A stretch of 64,000 nt of DNA from Azolla caroliniana (Eukaryota > Plantae > Polypodiophyta), in the NCBI GenBank assembly GCA_043228905.1, contig JBHGNT010000001.1:28954001-29018000 (forward strand). Reading direction: 5' to 3'. A program made the translations under genes and the position numbers. Shown one piece after another: positions 1 to 10,495 of the stretch (positions within the stretch are counted from its first letter, which is position 1; each line of letters starts with the position of its first letter). Under the pieces are notes generated by a model. The model made no database searches. It saw nothing but the letters and a program-made list of their open reading frames with translations, and was not told the DNA's origin.

Positions 1-3000
1 GAAATGACGCAGTCCCGAACGAAGTGATATCGAACGTCGATATGTTTGGAGGCGTTGTGGTGAACCGGATTTTTCGACAAGGCAACAGCACCTTGACTGT
101 CGCTGTAGACAACTGGAGCCGAGTCATGGTCGACTTGTCGAAACGTGTGCGCCAGCCGACCGAGCCATAAAGCTTCTTTTGCTGCGTCGGACGCAGCTAC
201 ATATTCTGCTTCAGTCGTTGAGGTCGCTGTGCACTCCTGAAGTTTCGACTTCCACGAGATTGCTCCATTGCCGAATTTGAAGCAGTATCCGGTTGTAGAT
301 TTCCGACTGTCTATACAGCCGGCGAAGTCCGAGTCGGTGTAACCGACTACGCCTGAGGTTCGGTTCGGACCGAAAAGAATGCCATGGTCTTTTGTGCCAG
401 TCAGATATCTGAACACATGCTTGACTGCGTTCCAATGCGATCGGCCAGGGTTATGCATAAATCTGCTAACGACTCCTACGGCGTGAGAAATATCAGGCCG
501 TGTCGCGACCATCAGGTACATAAGAGAGCCGACTGCCGGTGCATACGGTACCGACTTCATATCTTCCCCCTCCGGACCGGATGTCGGGCAGTCTCGCTGA
601 GAGAGCCGAAGATTCATAGGGAGCGGGGTTGAAGCAGATTTGGCTGATTGCATGTTGAAGCGTTCTAAGACACGTCGGATATAGTCGGTCTGAGACAGAA
701 AAAGATGTCGTTTATCGCGATGCCGACTAATCTTCATGCCAAGGATGTGTCGTGCCGGACCGAGGTCCTTCATGGCAAACTTCAACCGCAGTTGCCGAAT
801 GAGATCGGCAAGTTCGCCCGCGTGGCGTCCAGAAATTAGCATGTCGTCCACGTAAATGATGAGGAAGATGGGTGATCCATCTTGAGCTGTGTTGGTGAAG
901 AGACAATGGTCCTCATCGCTTTTGGAGAAGCCGATCGATTGGATGAAGTCGTCGAACTTCTTGTACCATTGTCGCGGTGCCTGTTTGAGGCCGTATAGAC
1001 TCTTCCTGAGTCGGCAGACTAGATGTTCTTGGCCGGTTGCCACGAAGCCTTTTGGCTGCTCCATATAAATTTCCTCCTCGAGATCACCATGGAGGAAGGC
1101 TGTTTTGACATCTAGCTGAATCAGCTCCAAGTTGTCGGCTGCCACTACGCCGAGTAGGAAACGAAGGGTTGTCATTTTCACCACTGGTGAAAAAATCTCG
1201 TCGAAGTCGACGCCATATTCTTGTCGGAAGCCCTTCGCAACTAATCTGGCCTTGTACTTTGGGGTGGTCGAATCAGACGTCTCTTTTAGTCGATAAACCC
1301 ACTTGCAAGGAAGAGCACGTCGGTTCCTAGGTAATTCGACCAGATCCCAAGTCTTGTTTGCCCGAATGGAGTGCATTTCCGACTCCATCGCCAGATGCCA
1401 GGTGGCGGAATCGACAGATGTCGATGCTTCTTCGTAAGACGTCGGTTCGCCGGCGTCGGTGAAGAAGATTCCAGGAGAATACCTCTCCGGAGGTTGCGAC
1501 AGTCTCTCGGATCGTCGAGGTATGATTGGACTGGTCGCATCGGGTATCGGGGTCGGATGGTCCGAAAGCGGATTGTTCTGCTGTGCCGAGTCGGGGTTGT
1601 CCGAGTCGGTAGTGTAAGGTTCAGCTACCCGTGAAGCTGACCGTGTGTTAAGAGCGGGGCCTTCTTGAAGGGTCGGCACATCGGAAAATGTTACCCTTCG
1701 GACTTCGATCTGTTTTTCGACTGATGGATGCATAGCCGACTCGTTGAACACAACGTCCGAACTTCGAACGATTTGTCTGCGTTCGGGGTCCCAGAGTCGG
1801 TATCCCATTTCGCCGTCGGATCCATATCCAAGGAAAATGCATTTCCTGGACCGAGGTGCAAGTTTTCGGCGATCATCTTTCGGAATAAGGGCGTACGCCT
1901 CGCATCCGAAGATCCTCAGCTTGTCGTAATTCGGCTTACTGCCGATCCATAGTTCCTGAGGAATTTGAAGTCCTAGAGGTCTACTTGGCGACATATTGAT
2001 TATGTGTACTGCCGTGAGTAGAGCCTCTGCCCAGAAGCCATCCGATAGTCCGGAGTGTTGGAGCATGGAAACTATCCTTTCTTGGATTGTCCGATTCATT
2101 CGTTCTGCAATCCCGTTTTGCTCCGGACTGTGTGGTGCCGTAAATTCACGTCGGATGCCGCGTTGTCGGCAGAATTTGACGAATTCTTCGGATTTAAACT
2201 CTCCCCCATTGTCGGTCCGAAGGCATTTCAGCTTTCGGTCGGTTTGATTTTCTACCATAGCGAGCCAATCGGAGAAGATCGAGAAGACACGATCTTTGGT
2301 GCGAATTGGATAAGCCCACACCTTTCGAGTCGAATCGTCAATAAAAGTGACGAAGTAAGATGCACCGCCTAGAGACTGATGCGGCATTGGGCCACAGACG
2401 TCCGAATGGACTAAATCGAGAGGTCTCGTTTCTCTTGGTGCGGATGTCGGGTGTGATGCGGCTGCTTGTTTGCCATACTGGCAATGCTCGCAGAATTGAT
2501 GGTCCGAGAAGGAGAGTTTGGGGATGTATCCGGCTCTAGATAGGTGCGTGATGCCGGCCTTGCTGAGATGTCCCAATCGTCGGTGCCATAGTGATGACAC
2601 AGGAATATCCACCAAAAACAGGTTACCCTCTCTGAGCGTAACATGTAACGGATACAGGGAGTGTATCTTGGGTCCTCTAGCAAGCAGGAGGTTCCCCCTG
2701 TGGAGTGTCCACCCTCCCGAAGAAAAACCGGCACGAATGCCGTCTTCATCTAGTTGTCCGACTGAGATCAATGGCCTTGAGAGCTCGGGTACATGTCGGA
2801 CATTGTGGAGTACAAGTGTAGAGCCACCTGCAAGGTTGAGCTCTACTGTGCCGATTCCGATGATGTCACAGTGTTGCGAGTTACCGACCCGAACTGAGTC
2901 GGAGTGACGGATCGTGTATTGCCGAAATTGGGATCGATGAGGAGTCACGTGAAATGACGCGCCCGAATCTAAGAGCCATGTGCTCGATTCTTCAGTCGTG

Positions 3001-3884
3001 AGTAGAACTTCTGATCCGACTGGATTTTCGATTGATAGTATATTCGGGTCGTCCGGTAGTACATCAGCTGAGAAGCTGACGTAATTGACCTCCTCATGCC
3101 GGCCACTCTTCTTGCTGTTCTTGTTCTTGAGTGCGCGGCAGTCGGCTTTGATGTGTCCGGGTTTCTTGCAATAGTTGCAGATTCGGTTATCCCGTGACTG
3201 GCTCCGTCTTCGCTGATTGTTCGGCGGTCGTGAGGAATCTCTTCCTCGTATGTTCGATCGGTCTGTCGAACCTTGTACTACATAAGCGTCTTCTGTTGAG
3301 TCTTTGGCGAAAGACTTTCTCCGAGCTGCTTCGGTCAGGATTGCGCTCGTGACTTCGGAGTATTTAACAGCCGTGGTTGACGCGTTGCACACAGTTGTGA
3401 CGAAAGTTTCCCATGATGAGGGAAGGCTGCTCATGAGTATCATTGCTCTGAGTTCATCCTCGATTGCCGTCCCCTGAGATGAGATTTGGGAGCTGATGCT
3501 TTCGTACTCATTGAGGTGTGCCTGAACCGAATCGGATTCTTTCATCCGCAAGTTGTAGAGGCGCCGGATCAGAAACATCTTCGTTGCGGCGACCTTCTTT
3601 TCGTAAGTGTCCGACAGTGTTTTCCACAGTTCGAATGCTGTCGTACACGATTGCACCGTAAAGTATACCGATTCCGATAGGTGCATCCGAATCGTGGCGC
3701 GGACAATTCTGTCCAGCTTCTGCCACTCAATTGGTTTGTATCCTTCTGGGGGTTCTTCATTTTCGATGGGATCGATTTGCCCCTTGACTATGAGATAGTC
3801 CTGCATTTGTTCCTTCCAGAAGTTGAAGTTCGATCCATCGAACTTTCGTAGACTCATTTCTGACGAGCCGGATGTTGATGCCAT
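1..3884 (-). CDS. Copia Gag-Pol polyprotein (3'-partial, no stop seen in window)
   Basis: ATG at 3884 reads MASTSGSSEMSLRKFDGSNFNFWKEQMQDYL; the RNase H segment ALSKNPVHHNASKHIDVRYHFVRD at the window start is in the same frame. Probably missing from the ORF track because it does not terminate in the window. Confidence 0.9.
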   Translation of the reverse strand, partial: MASTSGSSEMSLRKFDGSNFNFWKEQMQDYLIVKGQIDPIENEEPPEGYKPIEWQKLDRIVRATIRMHLSESVYFTVQSCTTAFELWKTLSDTYEKKVAATKMFLIRRLYNLRMKESDSVQAHLNEYESISSQISSQGTAIEDELRAMILMSSLPSSWETFVTTVCNASTTAVKYSEVTSAILTEAARRKSFAKDSTEDAYVVQGSTDRSNIRGRDSSRPPNNQRRRSQSRDNRICNYCKKPGHIKADCRALKNKNSKKSGRHEEVNYVSFSADVLPDDPNILSIENPVGSEVLLTTEESSTWLLDSGASFHVTPHRSQFRQYTIRHSDSVRVGNSQHCDIIGIGTVELNLAGGSTLVLHNVRHVPELSRPLISVGQLDEDGIRAGFSSGGWTLHRGNLLLARGPKIHSLYPLHVTLREGNLFLVDIPVSSLWHRRLGHLSKAGITHLSRAGYIPKLSFSDHQFCEHCQYGKQAAASHPTSAPRETRPLDLVHSDVCGPMPHQSLGGASYFVTFIDDSTRKVWAYPIRTKDRVFSIFSDWLAMVENQTDRKLKCLRTDNGGEFKSEEFVKFCRQRGIRREFTAPHSPEQNGIAERMNRTIQERIVSMLQHSGLSDGFWAEALLTAVHIINMSPSRPLGLQIPQELWIGSKPNYDKLRIFGCEAYALIPKDDRRKLAPRSRKCIFLGYGSDGEMGYRLWDPERRQIVRSSDVVFNESAMHPSVEKQIEVRRVTFSDVPTLQEGPALNTRSASRVAEPYTTDSDNPDSAQQNNPLSDHPTPIPDATSPIIPRRSERLSQPPERYSPGIFFTDAGEPTSYEEASTSVDSATWHLAMESEMHSIRANKTWDLVELPRNRRALPCKWVYRLKETSDSTTPKYKARLVAKGFRQEYGVDFDEIFSPVVKMTTLRFLLGVVAADNLELIQLDVKTAFLHGDLEEEIYMEQPKGFVATGQEHLVCRLRKSLYGLKQAPRQWYKKFDDFIQSIGFSKSDEDHCLFTNTAQDGSPIFLIIYVDDMLISGRHAGELADLIRQLRLKFAMKDLGPARHILGMKISRHRDKRHLFLSQTDYIRRVLERFNMQSAKSASTPLPMNLRLSQRDCPTSGPEGEDMKSVPYAPAVGSLMYLMVATRPDISHAVGVVSRFMHNPGRSHWNAVKHVFRYLTGTKDHGILFGPNRTSGVVGYTDSDFAGCIDSRKSTTGYCFKFGNGAISWKSKLQECTATSTTEAEYVAASDAAKEALWLGRLAHTFRQVDHDSAPVVYSDSQGAVALSKNPVHHNASKHIDVRYHFVRDCVI

Positions 3885-4546
3885 CAAATTCGGTTTCGGT
3901 TGACGAAGCTCGGTTCGGAGTTGACTACGAACCTTGTTGGAGTGCAGCCGGTTGGCTCACCCGATATCGTTATAGTCGGATTTGAACCCGAGTCGGTTCG
4001 GCTTCGGAACTTGCTCGAATTGACTCCGGTAACTTGAGGGACAGAACCGACTGGTCTTCCCGAATGTGGCCGAGTCGGAGTGAGCCCGGTTCGCTTCGGA
4101 TATATATGCCGAATACCGATAATTGAAACCGATTATCTGGACCGATTCTGCTTCGGGTGGCTGCAGCGATGAGAGAGACAGATCCAACTGATCCTCTCGA
4201 ATGTCGATCAGCCGGATGAAGCACGAATTGGGGTTGTTGTCTTGAGACCGATCTGCACCGAGTGGTTACAACGAGCAGCGTTTGATTACCTCTTCGGATG
4301 CCGTTTAACCTAGTGAAGCACGATCGTGTCGATGTTGCACAAGGGGATTTCACCTCGAGTGGTTACGATCACAAGGAACAGAGTACAACCTGAAGGCTTA
4401 CTCCAAGCAAGAGGATCTAACGCGATGAGGTGCAAGCCTCGTTTTTGTTCTTCTTCTCTCTTTCTTCAAATGACGCGAATACTGTGCAGGCCGTGATGAA
4501 GTGAAGAACCGAATGCTGTGCAGGCGGTGATGACGGCCGAACCTCT

Positions 4547-4558
4547 GCTCTGATACCA
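4547..4558 (-). promoter_or_regulatory. Primer binding site, initiator tRNA-Met
   Basis: gctctgatacca on plus = TGGTATCAGAGC on minus. Confidence 0.9.
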
Positions 4559-4560
4559 GA

Positions 4561-4842
4561 TGTTGGAAGCGAGGTCGTCTGTGCGGAAGATCGAGAAGCA
4601 TTCAGTTCTGTTCTGAATACCTGCGTATGAGAGATTGTAGGTCGTTGCACACAGAGAGAGAGAGAGAGACACACAAAAGACTCTTTATTTCATAAACAAA
4701 GAATACAACAACCAACCTTACAAAGAGGTTACAAGGTCACTATATATAGTGACCAACTTAGGGCAACTACCCTTTATGATAATTACATAAATGGCCAAAA
4801 CGGGATCGTGTGAATACGTCCATTATACACATGTATTCGACA
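4561..4842 (-). repeat. 5' LTR of the copia element (282 bp)
   Basis: Minus strand begins TGTCGAA and ends TCCAACA, 2 bp before the PBS; TATA-like TATATATA near 4741. Confidence 0.85.
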
Positions 4843-4879
4843 TCTGGTATGTTGGCAATTCCTCACCCTAATACTTCCA

Positions 4880-5100
4880 GGACCAAGCAGTGCAATCTGA
4901 GTAAATGATTCGATAGAATTCCCTCCCATCTTCTGCACATATCCATTCACCATGAGTCTTTCCTTTTATTTATCAATTAACCCATTAGTCTTGTATTTAA
5001 TTTTCCAAACCCACTCAGACCTTCCTTGCATAATTCACAAAGCTCGGCTCCATTGTACGTTTCTATTGTGCTCGGTCTCTATTCTCCAATACTTTCTTGG
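4880..5100 (-). pseudogene. Degenerate older copia RT fragment
   Basis: Minus translation EWVWKIKYKTNGLIDK*KERLMVNGYVQKMGG resembles copia RT KWVFKIK..DG.IDKYKARLVAKGY.Q, with an internal stop. Confidence 0.7.
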
Positions 5101-6922
5101 ATTTATCGTTTTATCTTCAGTTTGTAGCCTTAATATAGTATCAAGGATTCATCTGCCCACTAAATAAGTGGTATTATGTTCTGAATCTAATCAAATTGCT
5201 GAAGACTCGCTCACTGTACTAGCTTGATGCCTAACTTCACCAACCTGGCAACTGCCATCTGATCCCAAAGGTGGTTTATCCACAGGATGAACACCTCCAC
5301 CTTTTTGCCTTCACCATCCACTCAGAGGCTAGTTGAGTCTCCAAGTTTTGGATCCTAGACTCATTCTTTATGACATATCCATCCTCAAGGTTTAGGGTTT
5401 ATACACATTCTAATGTTGGTTTATACACAATAGATTGTTAGACCCAACATCTACCATATTTAATGTTTTCCATTGACCATACATGAATGGGTAGTTGGTG
5501 GTTGTTTGCACCTACTAAGTACAAGATGAGATGGTTACAGCTAATTCCGTAGCAGACCAATAGTCACAAACACATCTTTCCAAGCTGTGACTTGTATACA
5601 TCAAATCTGGGAATTACCTAGGCATCACTATGCACAATTAGCTCTTGCATTATTTATTTGGCTAGCAAAGGAAGGTAAAACCAATTTTGGTTTGCACAAA
5701 CGATATACTTTTTCTGAGTACATGGCATGGATATGGATTAACCCCACCATGTGAATGTAGCCTCGACTCTATATAAATCAGTGAGAAATAGTGTGATAAG
5801 GACAAGTGTCATTATAGTGCACACCAGACGAACTTGGATATGGCAGGTTCACACATCATGTTGCTAGCAAAACATATACGCATATAGTTTTATATGGCCT
5901 TATTCGCCAGTTTTGCAATCATGAAGTTGACGCTGATGAACATTATATATGGCATCACCCCAATCTAATCTACAGATAAGATGATCTTAGGGAAGGATTT
6001 GGACATCCCTGTAGAGAGATAGATGACATTTATCAAAGATGATTAGCACTCTTCCTTCTAGAAATAAGCAGATAAAGATGATCTTAGGGAAGGATGCTAC
6101 TAGGGACACTCTTTGCAGTGTACAAGAAAATATTGAAGTCATGCCAACTACAGGCATTGCTCTTTGTCCCAGACATTTCTCTCCAATGCGAGGCTGGAGT
6201 GAACCCAATGGGCATATTCTCATAAGATCAAAAGCTAACATCACACCTGATGCCCTCCTTGTTCATTGACCTTCTATAATGGAAAGGATATTTTCAGAAG
6301 GAAAATAATCAGTTTCGGTGAATAGGTACCTCACCTGATTGTCGGTTGTTCATGATTACATTGTTCAATCCATTTAGTTTTCAAAAGCTAGCATTAACCT
6401 TTTCTTTTCTAACTCGCATCAAACGAGTTAACATATGCATTATGTAGTCTTTTCTAGGTCTCAATTTGAGATGATGTAAGAAGCTAGGGTTTAACAATTT
6501 GTCATTTTGTTATTCAGAATCGAAGAGTTAACATACACACAGTTCTGTAATCTTTGTAGGTAATAATGGCGTTTTAAAAGGGTTAATATATCTATCTTTC
6601 TCTCTCCACCAATTTGAGCAAAGCATACCTTTCTCTGCGAAGACCGAAGCTCGTCAGATCAGAAAACGTGATCGATAGATCGATGGATGGATTCCTGAGG
6701 AAGAGATCTGGGATCCATACACTGTACCCGGGAGGGTATGTATATAATATGTGTAAACTTAGTAGCTTGCTCACACGCTCCCACCCCTTTCTTTTGTGTA
6801 CAGTAAAAGGTTATCCATAATTACGAACATAACCGCGCAAGAATATCCTCACTGTTATAGTAGGGATACCAAGAGGTTCTTATTTACATATATTTGTTAT
6901 GGTTTAGTATACACACTAGTTT

Positions 6923-6961
<39 letters not shown>

Positions 6962-7249
6962 ACCAACAAATAAAAGGAAGAGAGAAAGAGTGAGGGCCCA
7001 AATGGATGTAGTTGAGCTCCTAAGGTTGTATGGTAGACTAGAAGAGCATGTGTTCAACTCTTGCATTTTGCAATGGCATCTAGTAACTTAAGGAAAAATA
7101 TGCACAATATATTAAAGAGGTGTGAAGACCGAGCCTTGGGCCTAAGGCCTAGGATTGGTCGTGTAACTACTTATCAATAGGGTAAGCATATTATGATAAA
7201 ATATAAAAACAAATATAAATAGATTGATTGTTTCTATTATCGTCTTCGG

Positions 7250-9360
7250 ATGTCAAATATGACCTATGAGACCAAAAATATTACATTTCATGTGATACAT
7301 GTGAAATTTTTCCATAAAAATATGCATGTGATACATGTGAAATTGAGTAACGACTCTCAATGTTCAAGAACTTTACCAATGAATGTTGCAATAGAGAGTG
7401 CACATTGTGGTTGTGAGAGAAATTCATGCAAGGATTGGGCTTCGTCAAAGATGTGTGAAAAGCATGGTCGAATATGATCAAAGGTAGAGCATTGTATCAA
7501 AGTGTGATCGTTAGACTCTAGAACTTGTTTAGGGTAAATTGTGCATAGTTGACCACTCTCATCACTTGTGCCCCAATGCCCCATCTCACATTGCAATGCA
7601 TGTGAGCTAAGTTGCATGGAAGCAATAGTTTGAATGGCAGACAACAAGATGGGCTCTAACATGTATTGATGTGTATAGTTTCCATGTTCTGTGAAGAATA
7701 TGGTTTTATAGTTAGGTGCAACATGTGTAGTATAATGTGTGAATCGTGAGCCCCCACATTAGTCTCATGTCATGATACATTGGTGTTGCAAGAAGGCTTC
7801 ATTTAAAGAGGAACCTAGTGATGCTTCATGAAGCAAGTGCGTTGCATGTCATCAACCAAACCATTTTTTCATATCTTACATCCAACTGAAAATTGCAATT
7901 TTGTTTCTACGCGTCGTTTGGATCTTTTTGCTTGTTTCCCATGCAATTCTAGGAAGTTAATGTGAGGGACTTTTTTGAACTGTAAGCATGTATTGAACAA
8001 CCCTTTCCATGGCCATGATCTCAATGGGAAGTAATCCATTCTCAAAGAAGTGGAGTGTGTAAGGCGTTTGTTTCTTAACTTGTAGAAACTTGGCAGCTAT
8101 TTCTTCTTATTCATCAATGCACATACAAATATATGGTTGGTGAGAGTGGAAATCCCAATAGTGCTATTGAAAAAATCTTATAGTCTATCACCCATACGCA
8201 CACAACACATAACCTTGTCATAGATTCGGGAAATTGCAAGCATGTATTCACTTGACACCTCAAGTTCTTCCATTCACCTCCAAAGATGCTCATGAGATAC
8301 CATGTCATAAGTTTTCTTGAAGTCTACAAAGCAACAATATAAACTTTTACCTCTAAGGCAACTTTCCTCCATTAATACTCAAAGGGTGACAAGGTGATGA
8401 ATGGTGTTTTCAAAAGCCAACTTGTCCATAAGCTCTCTTACTATTTTTTTCAACCCATGCACTTACCTTTGATTCTACTATACATCCAAATTCTTTTGTC
8501 ATGCGCAAGCCAACCATGATGGTTCGATTGTTGTTTACATTATTTACATCTCCACCTTTATATAAAGGTTTGATCCAAGTTGTAGTCCAATCATACAACA
8601 TATTGTGTTGCAATGCATAATTAAACATATCACTTAGCCATGCATGTACTTCCTTTCACGTCCATCTAAGTGCTTCGGTCTTTATACATTTAAGATCACT
8701 TGCCTTTCGAGAGGTCAATTTCTTAAGTCCTACACATATATCTTCAATTTTAAAGAGGGGAGACCTATGTGAAAGAGAACCATAACACGTCATCTTTCCA
8801 GAAAGAGATAGCTCATATAAAGAGATAGACAAGTCAAGAAGAGTTAAGTCACCATAACTCTCAACACATTTCCCTTTTAGATTTCCCCAAAATTTAGCAC
8901 ATGCATGTGCTTTCTCTTGTGTTTGGAGAAATTGTTGAGTAACTTCCCATATTATTCTCTTTCTTTGAATATGCCTTTTGTACTCATGCAAATGTTTTTT
9001 GGTAATTTTCTTTATCTTAACTACATCCAAAATTGTAATGCACTTTCAAGCTTCATGACATTCTTTATCAAACCATTTTTTCTTTGAACTACATCTCTTG
9101 GTGCATTTCCGAGATGTGTGCTTGGTCGAAAGTTTAGGCATGAGAGAATGGCTTTCTTAAAAGCTTCCCATTTGCATCATAATATGGCACCATGTTGTAT
9201 CTTTGTCATTTTTGACATATCCTCAACCATCTTGGAATACATGAGCGATGACTTAACGTTCATGGTCAAGTGTGGTTGTTTATTATCTTCAATGACCTTC
9301 TCACCGTCAAACCTATGCATGCATTTGACGTCAATACATAAAGTCTTATGATCGGATTCC
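7250..9360 (-). mobile_element. Degenerate LINE (non-LTR retrotransposon), internally deleted
   Basis: RT N-terminal motifs WIKPLYKGGDVNNVNNNRTIMV, QVGF and CCFVDFKK; C-terminal SHALQCEMGHW...LCTI...HTLIQC; many stops and frameshifts. Boundaries approximate. Confidence 0.8.
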
Positions 9361-9548
9361 AGTGTAGAGAGAGAGAGAGAGAGAGAGAGAGGTCTTAGAT
9401 GAATTTACCTCAATTGTTTGAGGTTGTTCAATGGAGACCGATAGGTTGTTAACACTTACATTCTACTAAATTAATGCACTCTACAATTACTTAACACATG
9501 CACAGGGCTAATAAAATTACAACTTACCACAATTAAAACACAACTTAC

Positions 9549-10284
9549 TGTAGAGATGGGATCGTAAATCTTACCAAAATATACACATAAATACACAACT
9601 CGGAACACAGAATGGGAAATAGACAAAGATATGCAATGCACACAGTTTTACGTGGAAACCCTAAATGGGGAAAACCACGGGACAACGGATCTTCCACTAT
9701 ACACAAGGAGTACAAATATACGGTTACAACTCTTCTCTAATGCTCAGAGGATAACCACTTAGGGTTCTTGGTAGGTTTGCCGCTCTCTCTCACGCACTCT
9801 CCACACTCTACAACTCACACGCTATTCGTTGTGTTCTACACTGCTATTGTACATCACTATGTTTGCCCTAGGTGTATTTATACTTATACACATTATGGGC
9901 TATTTACAAATGTAGCCTCTACTACTATCTTCCTATTTCTATACTAATAACAGTTTAATTAGTCGACTGGTCAACTAGTCGATTCGACTAATCGTCTCCT
10001 GTGTCGATTGTCTAGTCGGTTTGACTAGTCGGCCTTTTTGTCGACCATATGGTCGGCCCGACTAGTCGGTCGTGTCTTCGACTTGGATCATTTACTATGT
10101 TATCGGCTCTCTCTCAGTCGACTCTCCATGACATCGATTGTCGGCTCTTGACCTGACCAGTCGGCTACTCCTTTGTCTTCGACTCTCGGTTCTCGGCCCG
10201 ACCAGTCGGCTACTCCTTGTCTTTGACTATCAGCTTTCAGTCCAACCAATCAGGTCCTCCCATAGGAGGGACATATTCCTAACA
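9549..10284 (-). mobile_element. Solo LTR (736 bp), probably copia type
   Basis: TG...CA termini flanked by a perfect 5-bp TSD CTTAC (9544-9548 and 10285-10289); CGTGGAAACCC...GGGAAAACCACG hairpin motif typical of copia LTRs; no internal domain. Confidence 0.85.
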
Positions 10285-10495
10285 CTTACCACAAGAGATA
10301 CAACCATACTATATTCATATATAGGGTGAAGGAAATAAAGATACGCTAACATCAAAATCAGCCTAGACACAATTTACCCTAAAGTATATCTACAATGTGA
10401 ATTGTAAAGAAAACTAATGTAACACCATTTATTAGCATCCTCAAATACCAAATATGGCCGGTGGGACCAAGTGCGAGAAAACTATTACATGGGTT

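Larger units (their letters stand above)
1..4842 (-). mobile_element. Ty1/copia LTR retrotransposon (Tnt1-like), young, 3' part beyond the left window edge
   Basis: 5' LTR 4561-4842 (TG...CA), tRNA-Met PBS TGGTATCAGAGC, then gag-pol in copia order (gag, CCHC, protease WLLDSGASFH, integrase, RT YVDD, RNase H KHIDVRYHF). Confidence 0.95.

Noticed and set aside
211-4353. Many short ORFs in the track across the copia element
   Set aside because: Off-frame or antisense shadows of the GC-rich gag-pol and its leader; the real ORF is the unlisted minus frame from 3884.
6927-6959. RERERE-encoding ORFs
   Set aside because: Translation of an (AG)n microsatellite.
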